Assembly (NCBI GenBank): GCA_035629025.1 | Contig: DASPIU010000059.1 | Span: 93,299-157,298 of the forward strand | DNA from: Stenotrophomonas sp. | GTDB taxonomy: Bacteria > Pseudomonadota > Gammaproteobacteria > Xanthomonadales > Xanthomonadaceae | Direction of reading: 5' to 3' | Length of the DNA: 64,000 nt | Shown here: positions 45,734 through 54,100 of the stretch, piece by piece | How the letters are laid out: each line of letters starts with the position of its first letter | Position numbering within the stretch: the stretch's first letter is position 1 | Program-made: the position numbers and the translations under genes | The notes under the pieces: model-generated | The model's database searches: none | Told to the model about the DNA's origin: nothing | Seen by the model: the letters and a program-made list of their open reading frames with translations, nothing else

Positions 45734-47062
45734 TCAGGCACCCTCCACCACGGCGTCGCGGCGCGACTGGGCCGGCAGGCGGCTGCCGGACAGTCCGAAG
45801 AACACGATGTAGCCGTAGCACAGCAGCGGCAGCACGAACGAGGGCTGCAGGCCGATGCGGTCGGCAAGCACGCCTTGCAGGAACGGCACGATGGCGCCAC
45901 CGACGATCGCCATGATCAGCAGGCTCGAACCCTTGTTGGTCAGCGGACCGAGGCGCTCGATGCTGAGCGCGAAGATGGTCGGGAACATGATCGAGTTGAA
46001 CAGGCCAATCGCGACCAGGCTGTACATCGCCAGCGCGCCGCTGCTGGCCAGCGTCGTCGCCAGCAGCAGCATGTTGATGCCGGCAAAGGCGGCCAGCAGC
46101 TTGTTCGGCGACATCCGCGCCAGCAGCACCGAGCCGATGAAGCGGCCGATCATCGCCAGCGTCCAGTAGGCCATCAGGTAGTGCGCGGCCTGCTGCTCGC
46201 TGATGCCGCCGATCTTCGGCAGCGTCAGGTAGTTCACCATCAGGCTGCCGATGGCGACTTCGGCGCCCACGTAGAAGAAGATCGCGCCAACACCAAACAG
46301 CAGATGGCGGTGCCGCAGCGCCTGGCCGAGCGTGTGCTTGCGCTGGTCGGCCTGCTCGGTGGCGCCGGTCAGCGCCGGCAGGCGGAACAGGTACACCACC
46401 ACCGCCAGCACGAACAGCACCACGGCCAGGCCCAGGTACGGACCCTGCACCGACTGCGCTTCGTGCGCGCGGTAGGCGGCCTGCTCTGCCGCCGGCAACG
46501 CGGCCAGTTCGGCCGCGCTCTTCACCGTGCTGGACAGGATCAACAGGCCACCGAACAGCGGCGCCAGCGCGGTGCCGAGTGAGTTGAGCGCCTGCGCCAG
46601 GGTCAGGCGGCTGGAGCTGGTGCTCTCCGGCCCCAGCAGCGCCACATAAGGGTTGGCGGCGACCTGCAGCACGGTGATGCCGGTGGCCAGCACGAACAGC
46701 GCGGCAAGGAAGGCTTCATATACGCGCAGCGAGGCGGCCGGCCAGAAGCCGAGCGCACCAATGCCGGCAATCGCCAGACCCGCCACGATGCCCTTCTTGT
46801 AGCCCAGGTGCGCGACCAGCCGGCCGGCCGGCAGCGACATAAGGAAATACGCACCGAAGAAGGTGAACTGCACCAGCATTGCGCGCGCGTAGTTCAGCTC
46901 GAAGACCGCTTTCAGGTGCGGAATCAGGATGTCGTTGAGGCAGGTGAGAAAGCCCCACATGAAGAAGATCGAGGTGACCACGGCCAGCGCGACACCGCGA
47001 TTGACCGTGCCGGCCTCGGCAAACGGCGCGGAACGGGGAGGAAGTCCGGGAGAGATGGGCAT
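45734..47062 (-). CDS. FucP/GluP-type MFS sugar:H+ symporter
   Basis: 442 aa. FFMWGFLTCLNDILIPHLK and VLQVAANPYVALLGP are hallmarks of the fucose/glucose/galactose permease family. Confidence 0.88.
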   Translation of the reverse strand: MPISPGLPPRSAPFAEAGTVNRGVALAVVTSIFFMWGFLTCLNDILIPHLKAVFELNYARAMLVQFTFFGAYFLMSLPAGRLVAHLGYKKGIVAGLAIAGIGALGFWPAASLRVYEAFLAALFVLATGITVLQVAANPYVALLGPESTSSSRLTLAQALNSLGTALAPLFGGLLILSSTVKSAAELAALPAAEQAAYRAHEAQSVQGPYLGLAVVLFVLAVVVYLFRLPALTGATEQADQRKHTLGQALRHRHLLFGVGAIFFYVGAEVAIGSLMVNYLTLPKIGGISEQQAAHYLMAYWTLAMIGRFIGSVLLARMSPNKLLAAFAGINMLLLATTLASSGALAMYSLVAIGLFNSIMFPTIFALSIERLGPLTNKGSSLLIMAIVGGAIVPFLQGVLADRIGLQPSFVLPLLCYGYIVFFGLSGSRLPAQSRRDAVVEGA

Positions 47063-47110
47063 GGCAGCGCCTGCTGGATGAGAGTGAAAGTGGATGGGAG
47101 GACGGAAAAC

Positions 47111-48193
47111 TCAGGACGGCGGCGGCGCGCTGCTTTGCCGCACGCGCAGCTGGACCGGGGCGATGGTGCGCGCGACCGGCGCACCGGGCGCGGTAATGCG
47201 TTGCAACAGCAGGTGTGCCGCCTGGCGGCCGCGTTCGCGCGGGTCGGCCGCCAGCGTGGTCAGCGCTGGCGTGCTCAGGGCGGCTTCGGGGATGTCGTCG
47301 AAGCCGGTAACGGAGAAATCCCTGCCCGCCTGGATGCCGCGTGCCGCCAGCCCGAGCATCAAACCCAGCGCGACGTTGTCGTTGTAGCAGACCGCCGCGG
47401 TCGCCCGGCGCTCGCCTGCGAACAGCGCCTGCGTCTGTGTGGCCGCTTCGGGCCGGGTAGGCGCGCATTCGATCATCGCCTGCTCATCCACAGCCAGACC
47501 GGCGGCCTTCATCGCCGCCACATAGCCGGCGCGCCGCTGCTGGCAGGAACTGGAATCGGCATGGCCCCCGAAGAACGCGATCTCGCGATGGCCAAGCGCG
47601 ATCAGGTGCGCCGTAGCCAGCTGCGCGCCATGCACATTGTCCAGCGCGAGGAAGTCCCAGGCGTTGCCGACGGGCTCGCGGTTGAACAGCAGCACGTTGC
47701 CGCGCTCGCCGACCACGCTGCGCAGTTGCGTCGCTTCGCTGCCTTCGGCCGGCGACAGGATCACGCCCGCGGGCGCATGCTCCATCAGCGAAGCGAGCAC
47801 CGCCTGCTGGCGCTGTGGCGACTCGCCAGTGTTGCCCAGCAGAGTCACATAGCCCTGCTCACCCAATGATTCGTCCACCCCCGCGGCAAACTCGGCGAAG
47901 AACGGATTGGACAGGTCATTGATCACCAGGGCCACGATGCTCGAGGTCTGCCGCCGCAGGTTCGCCGCCGCGCGGTTGTAGACGTAGCGCTGGCGCTGCA
48001 ACTCGGCGTTGACCCGGGCGCGGGTGTCGGGATGCACCAGCGGGCTGCCGCGCAGCACCAGCGAAACCGTCGCCCGCGACACGCCTACTGCCTGCGCGAT
48101 GTCGGTGACGGTGGCCGGGCGGCTGGCCGCGGGAGCCGGGCCGTTGCCCGCGCCGCTGCCCGAACCGTCGCTCGTCTTGTTCTGGCTTGACAT
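47111..48193 (-). CDS. LacI-family transcriptional regulator
   Basis: Start MSSQNK at 48193. HTH TVTDIAQAVGVSRATVSLVLRGS followed by a sugar-binding domain. Confidence 0.85.
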   Translation of the reverse strand: MSSQNKTSDGSGSGAGNGPAPAASRPATVTDIAQAVGVSRATVSLVLRGSPLVHPDTRARVNAELQRQRYVYNRAAANLRRQTSSIVALVINDLSNPFFAEFAAGVDESLGEQGYVTLLGNTGESPQRQQAVLASLMEHAPAGVILSPAEGSEATQLRSVVGERGNVLLFNREPVGNAWDFLALDNVHGAQLATAHLIALGHREIAFFGGHADSSSCQQRRAGYVAAMKAAGLAVDEQAMIECAPTRPEAATQTQALFAGERRATAAVCYNDNVALGLMLGLAARGIQAGRDFSVTGFDDIPEAALSTPALTTLAADPRERGRQAAHLLLQRITAPGAPVARTIAPVQLRVRQSSAPPPS

Positions 48194-48226
48194 CGGACCT
48201 GCTGCTCCCGGGGCGCGCGAATGGGT

Positions 48227-48240
48227 TTGGATCGATCCAA
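48227..48240. promoter_or_regulatory. Perfect 14-bp LacI-type palindrome TTGGATCGATCCAA
   Basis: It lies 34 bp upstream of the LacI start, has a central CG and sits just downstream of a TACATT -10-like hexamer on the - strand. Confidence 0.65.
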
Positions 48241-48369
48241 GTCGCGAATGTACGCTGGACCGCTCATGCCGGCGGACTAGAACACGCACGGGTACGGCTT
48301 GGCATGCCGCAATGCAGCATCGGGGGCGATTGGAGGCTGATGGACCGCGTGCTGTTCCGGCCGGTTCTC

Positions 48370-48756
48370 TCAGCTCAAGCCATGCCGGGCGACATCGGCA
48401 CCGGCACCGGCGTCCACCAGCAATTCCAGCAACTGGGTCAGCCGGTAGGGCTTGCCGAGAAACGCCACGCCGTCAGGCAAGGGCCCCAGCTCGCTGCGGG
48501 GATAGCCGGAAGTCAGGATGATCCGCACGTTGCGGTTGGCGGCCAGCACGCGCTCGACCAGGTCAATGCCGGACAAGCCATTGGGCATGGCCACATCGCT
48601 GCAGATGACGTCGAAGTCGCCGCGTTCGAGCTTGGCCAGGGCATCACGTGCGTCCACCGCGGTGGTGACGTGATGGCCCATCAATTCCAGCCCCTCGCAG
48701 ACCACGCGTCGAAGGTCGGTGTCGTCCTCCACCAGGAGAACCCGAAGGTGATCCAT
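48370..48756 (-). CDS. Single-domain (CheY-like) response regulator
   Basis: 128 aa. VLLVEDD, phospho-acceptor context DVICSDVAMP, and ILTSGY...KP. Confidence 0.85.
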   Translation of the reverse strand: MDHLRVLLVEDDTDLRRVVCEGLELMGHHVTTAVDARDALAKLERGDFDVICSDVAMPNGLSGIDLVERVLAANRNVRIILTSGYPRSELGPLPDGVAFLGKPYRLTQLLELLVDAGAGADVARHGLS

Positions 48757-48758
48757 GT

Positions 48759-49911
48759 CTACTCCACTACCGGAAACGACAACCTCACCGTTGTCCCGAC
48801 CGCCACTTCGCTGTTGATCCTCACGAAGCCCCCGGACTGCGCCAGGAATCCATAGACCTGGCTCAACCCCAACCCGCTGCCCTTGCCCACGTCCTTGGTC
48901 GTGAAAAAGGGCTCTGCCGCCCGGTTCAGTACGTCGGGCGGCATCCCCTGGCCGGTGTCAGCCACTTCAATATACGCATATTCCTGTTCGGCAACATCCG
49001 TCAGGCTGGGTGGGCGGTCCAGGGATACGCCGGTGCGGATTTCGATCACGCCGCCGCTGGCCATGGCATCGCTGGCATTGACGATCAGATTCAGCACGGC
49101 TGCTTCGAGCTGGGTTTCATCCACATTGACCAGCGGCAATCCATCGACCAGGGAAAGGTGGCACGAGGTGCTGGGCCCGCAGGCACGGCGGTACAGGTCG
49201 GCGGAGCGGCTGATCAGCTCGCTCAGTGAGCAGAGGTTGGGCGAGAGCGTCTGCGCGCGGGCAAAGGACAGCAACTGGCGGGTCAGCAAGGCGCCGCGAT
49301 CGGCCGCGCGCTGCGCGGTATCCATCAGGCTGGCCAGGCGCGTATCGCCTCCAGCGCGCATCCGCGCCAGATCCAGCGCATTGATGATGATGGACAACAG
49401 GTTGTTGAAATCGTGGGCGATGCCCAGGGTCAGCTTGCCGACCGCCTCCATCCGCTGCGAGGCGATCATCGCCTGCTGTGCATGCTCCAGGCTGCGCTGC
49501 GCCTCGTAGCGCTCGGTGATATCACGGGTGATCTTGGCAAAGCCGATGAACTGGCCGTTGTCGTAGATGGAGTCGATGACCACGCTGGCCCAGAACCGCG
49601 TGCCGTCCTTGCGCCGGCGCCAGCCCTCGCCAGCGTAGCGGCCTTCATCCCGGGCGATGGACAGGTTGCGGTCGGGCACGCCCGCGTCGATGTCATCGTC
49701 GGTATAGAACATCCGGAAGTGGTGGCCAATGACTTCGGAGGCCGTGTAGCCCTTGATGCGGTTGCCACCGGCGTTCCAGCTGCGAATGCGGCCTTCGGCA
49801 TCGAGCATGTAGATCGCATAGTCGGTGACGCCCTCCACCAGAAGGCGAAGCTGGCGCTGGTCGTCCTCCAGTGGACGCGCGCCGGCCGAACGTGAGGCTT
49901 CTTCAGACATC
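48759..49911 (-). CDS. PAS-domain sensor histidine kinase (cytoplasmic)
   Basis: Start ATG 49911 behind GGAGAGGGGGAG. PAS (LLVEGVTDYAIYMLDAEGRIRSWNAG...KDGTRFWASV), H-box GIAHDFNNLLSII, N-box NLIVNASDAM, G-boxes DTGQGM and GSGLGLS. Confidence 0.85.
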
Positions 49912-49948
49912 CACTCCCCCTCTCCATAGCAGGCCAAACCGCGGCCCC

Positions 49949-49960
49949 GAACACGTGTTC
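49949..49960. promoter_or_regulatory. Perfect 12-bp palindrome GAACACGTGTTC upstream of the kinase gene
   Basis: It lies 38 bp upstream of ATG 49911. Function is unknown. Confidence 0.35.
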
Positions 49961-50163
49961 GCCGGACAGCCTGCCCGCAAACCGGTAAACCTGGCGTCAG
50001 TACGCACCCAAGAGGGCGTGACGATAGCAGAATCAAGGGTGTAGGCCGGATGAGCTTGCCGGGCCGGACAGCGCGCGTGCCAAGCCGTACCGCCAAGGTT
50101 CAGCTGCTAAAGGGTTTGCGCTGACCCTGCTTGCGTCCGGTTGATCGAAGAAGCCACAGCTGA

Positions 50164-50182
50164 ATCACACTCGATCACACTC
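50164..50182. repeat. Tandem direct repeat ATCACACTC-g-ATCACACTC (10-bp period)
   Basis: Read directly from the sequence. It lies in the 530-bp non-coding stretch between the kinase gene and tRNA-Leu. Confidence 0.6.
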
Positions 50183-50443
50183 ATGCACCGGCGCTCTGCC
50201 CTTCCGTCGTGGAAGTCATGGAGGAACTGGTGAAGTTCACCGTACTGGTGCGCGAACTCAGCGCGTCTCTGGTCGACAGGTATAGCGCGCGCAAGGGGCG
50301 CTGAAGGGGCCGGTCGGCGGGTGCGGGCTGCGGCCGTGGTCGAGTCCAAGGTTTGAGCGTGTCTGCCAGGGTGGGCACTGCAGTGGACGGGCTGACGATG
50401 TGGCTGCACAGTTGGCCGTTGCTCGGCTATACTGCGCGGCCGC

Positions 50444-50530
50444 GCCGAAGTGGCGGAATCGGTAGACGCAGCGGACTCAAAATCCGCCGCCCTTAAAAGC
50501 GTGTGGGTTCGAGTCCCACCTTCGGCACCA
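50444..50530 (+). tRNA. tRNA-Leu (anticodon CAA), class II with long variable arm, CCA encoded
   Basis: Acceptor GCCGAAG/CTTCGGC. Anticodon stem GCGGA/TCCGC with loop CTCAAAA. Variable arm CGC-CCTTAAAA-GCG. T-arm GTGGG-TTCGAGT-CCCAC. Discriminator A plus CCA. TATACT (-10-like) at 50428..50433 with TGCACA 17 nt upstream. Confidence 0.92.
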
Positions 50531-50538
50531 GCGACTTA

Positions 50539-50561
50539 CGGCACCTCCGGGTGCCGTTTTT
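50539..50561 (+). terminator. Rho-independent terminator after tRNA-Leu
   Basis: CGGCACC-tccg-GGTGCCG followed by TTTTT. Confidence 0.8.
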
Positions 50562-50704
50562 CGTTCCGGCCGCTTGTCCAGGCGGTGGCCTCCTGCCACA
50601 CCTGCTAACCCAGCTCCACCCAGCACCCAGGCCCGGGCGCCACCCGCACCCGCTGCGGCTATACTCGACCTGGCTGCATCGGGGCTCGCTCCAGGGAGAT
50701 CGCA

Positions 50705-51082
50705 ATGTCGGCACTGCATGGGCTGCGCGTGCTGGTGGTAGAAAATGACGAGATGAACGCGATGCTGCTGGAGCTGCAGCTGGCACAGGCCGGGGCGGCC
50801 GTGGCCGGTCCTGCCGCGACGGTGCAGACCGCGCTGGACCTGGTGGACCGCCAGGGCGCGGACCTGGCCGTGCTCGACTACCGGCTGGCGGACGGCGAGA
50901 CCAGCGAGGCGGTCGCCGAACGGCTCAATGCCCTGGGCGTGCCCTTTGTCGTGGCCACCGGACAGGTCTCGGCCGCGCTGCCTTCGGCGTTCGATCGTGG
51001 CATTGTATTGATCAAGCCCTATCTGGCCGAAGACCTGGTGCGTTCGCTGCGGCGGGCGCAGGAGATCGCCGCCGGCACCTGA
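50705..51082 (+). CDS. Single-domain response regulator
   Basis: 125 aa with RBS GGGAGA. VLVVENDEMNAMLL, DLAVLDYRLADG and LIKPY are present. Confidence 0.8.
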   Translation: MSALHGLRVLVVENDEMNAMLLELQLAQAGAAVAGPAATVQTALDLVDRQGADLAVLDYRLADGETSEAVAERLNALGVPFVVATGQVSAALPSAFDRGIVLIKPYLAEDLVRSLRRAQEIAAGT

Positions 51083-51136
51083 GCCGGCAACTGCGTCTAA
51101 GATGGGCTTGTTCCTGGGTTGCGACTGGGGAGCCGC

Positions 51137-54100
51137 ATGGAAACGACAGCACCGGTCATCCCGACCGGCACCGCCGCAGGTGCCAGCCCGTGGTGGCCCG
51201 CGCCATCGCCGCGGTTGGAGGAAATCTGGGGCCCGCAAGCGCACTGGCCGCCGGCGCTGCGCAGTGCCCTCTCCCTGTGTCTGCACAGCCAGCTGCCTTC
51301 CCTGCTGGTGTGGGGCCCGGGCCTGACCTGTGTGTACAACGACGCCGCCGCCGGATTGCTCGGCGCGTCGCATCCGGCCGCATTCGGCGTGCCGCTGGCG
51401 GAGTTGGATGGTCCGCTGCGCGCCGAGCTCTGCGCCGCATTGTCCAGGCTCGACCCGGCCTTTGCTGTCCGCCTGCCCTCGCCTACCCATACCAGCCCGG
51501 GCGCCTGGACATGCAGCCCGCTGTTCGACGAGGCCGGCACCGCCGGCGCCTTGTGCGTTCGCAATCACCCCGTGCGCGCGCCACACGTGGCGGCCTTCGA
51601 GGAAGCCCCTGCTTTCCTGGCCGTGCTGCGCGGGCCGGACTACGTCATCGAGAGCGCCAACCAGCGCATGAAGCAGTTGCTCGGCCGGCGCGACATCCTC
51701 GACCGCCCGCTGCACGCCGCCCTGCCTGAAGTAGTCGATCAGGGCGTGATCAAGCTGCTCGACCACGTGCGCCGCAGCGGCGAGCCCTTCGTCGGGCAGG
51801 CGATCCGTCTGACCCTGGAGCGCCCCTTCGAGGAAGAGCCGTACGAGTCGGTGCTGGATTTCGTCTACCAGCCGATGCGCGACGACAACGGCGCGGTCGA
51901 CGCCATCCTGGTGCACGGCATCGACGTGACCCAGCAGCGCCACGCCGAAGAGCGCGACCGCTTCCTGCTGGCGCTGGAAGACTCATTGTTGGACCTGTCC
52001 GAGCCGCAGCAGATTCTCGACACCAGCATGCGCCTGCTGTGCCGCCAGCTACGTGCCAGCCGCGCCGGCTACAGCCTGGTGGACATGGAGCGGCGCACCA
52101 TGCGCGTGCTCAGCGACCACGTCGAAGGCCTGCCCAGCCTGCGCGGCGAATACGCGCTGGATGCCGTGGCCGAAGGCTTTCTCGACGCCTTGCTCGACAA
52201 CCGCCCATGGATCGTCCGCGACACGCACAGCGCCCAGTCGCCGGTGTACCTGAGCGAGGACTATCGCAGCCACGGCATCCGCGCGACGCTGGCCGTGCCG
52301 CTGCACAAGAACGGCCAGCTGGTCGCGGTCATGGGCGTGCACCAGTCCAAGCCACGGCGCTGGTCCAGCCAGGAGGTGGATCTGGTGCGTCTGGTGGTCG
52401 CGCGTTGCTGGGAGTCACTGCAACGCGGCAAGGCGCAACGCCAGCTGGCGACCAACGAAGCGCGGCTGCGGCGCCTGGCCGACGCACTGCCGCAGATCAT
52501 CTTCATCGCCGACACCCAGGGCGTGGCGCGCTTCTTCAACAGCCGCTGGCATGAGTACACCGGCTGCGATCCCAACGCCGATGCGCGCCAGGGCTGGGAC
52601 ACCGCGCATACCGATGCCGGCCTGCGTCAGGCCGCGCAGGCATGGCGCAAGGCGCTGGGCGAAGGCGATGGCTTTGAACTGGAATGCGAGCTGCGCCGCT
52701 ACGACGGTCAGTATCGCTGGCACCTGGCGCGTGCGCTGCCGGTGCGCGAGGACGACGGCCGCGTCAGTCAGTGGATCGGCACCTATACCGACATCCACGA
52801 CCGGCGCAGCGTCGAGGAGCGCCTGACCGAGAGCGAGGCGCGCTTCCGCAAGCTGTGCGAAACCGTGCCGGCGATGATCTGGATGTCCGATGCGCAGGGC
52901 AACTGCGTGTACTGGAACCCGCGCTGGACCGAATTCACCGGGCAATCCAACGCCGACGCCGTGGCCGGCGGCTGGTGGGACGTGGTGCATCCGGACGATC
53001 TGGCGCGCGTGCGCCATGGCTTCCTGCAGGCGCTGGATGAGCGCCGTGCCTTCGGCGCCGAGTACCGCGTGCGGCGCCATGACGGCGAATATCGCTGGTG
53101 CATGGATACGGCCACCGCGCATTTCGGCGTGGATGGCACTTTCCTTGGCCACATCGGCTCGCTGATGGACATCTCCGAGCGCAAGCGCATCGAGGATGCC
53201 ACCGCCTCGGAACGCTCGATCCTCGGCCTGATCACCACCGGTGCGCCCCTGCCCATGGTGCTCGACTCGATCGCGCTCAGTGTCGAGGCCCGAGGCGAGC
53301 GCAGCCTGCGCTGCTCGATCCTGCTGGCCAATCCGGAGCAGACCCTGCTGCGCTGCGCCTCCGCGCCCAGCCTGCCGCTGGAGTACGCGGTGCGCTTCGA
53401 CGGCCTTGCGATCACTGCTGACGGCACGCCCTGCGGCCGCGCCGCGCACCAGGGCCACCAGGTGATCTGCGAGGACATCGCCGCCGATGCCAGCTGGGGT
53501 GAACATCGCACTCACGCCCTGGCGATGGGCATCGCCGCCTGCTATGTCACCCCGATCCTGGGCAGCAATGGCGTGGTGCTCGGCACCCTGGCCATGTATT
53601 ACCGCACGCCCTACCTGCCCACCCTTCACGAGCAGGCGATGGCGCGCTCGGCCTCGCATCTGGCCGGCATCGTCATCGAGCGCAACCGCATCGACGCCCA
53701 GTTGAAGGCCTCGCTGAAGGCGCAGACCGACGCGCGCAACGAAGCCGAAACCGCCAGCCGGATCAAGGACGACTTCCTCGCCACGCTCAGCCATGAGCTG
53801 CGCACACCGTTGAACGCGATCCTTGGCTGGTCGCGGCTGATGCAGACCGAGTCCTTCGCCCCGGAGAACATCGGCAAGGGCCTGGTCATCATCGAACGCA
53901 GCGCGCGTTCGCAGGCGCAGATCATCGACGACCTGCTGGACATGAGCGCGATCCTCTCGGGCAAGGTGCGCCTGCAGCCCGAGCACTTCGACATCGGCGG
54001 CCTGGCCCGCAGCACCATCGACCTGATGCGCCCGACCGCGGCCGCCAAGCAGGTGGACCTGCGCGTGCGCGGCCTGGAGGACGGCGCGGCGCCATTCTTC

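Noticed and set aside
50218-50304. 28-codon + strand ORF MEELVKFTVLVRELSASLVDRYSARKGR
   Set aside because: It is not reported as a feature. It is very short, has a weak RBS, and I cannot obtain comparative support here. It is mentioned only inside the finding on the 530-bp spacer.
50334-50362. tRNA T-arm-like fragment (GTGGTCGAGTCCAAGG) upstream of tRNA-Leu, possibly an att remnant of an integrated island
   Set aside because: It shares only an 8-mer (TCGAGTCC) with the real T-arm and forms no stem. It also lies upstream of the tRNA, whereas integration into a tRNA 3' end leaves the duplicate downstream. No integrase, transposase or repeat of the tRNA 3' end is present downstream before tex.
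50107-50409. 100-aa and 65-aa - strand track ORFs between the kinase gene and tRNA-Leu
   Set aside because: They have Pro/Arg/Thr/Ala-rich, low-complexity products, poor codon bias in an AT-richer region and no start context.
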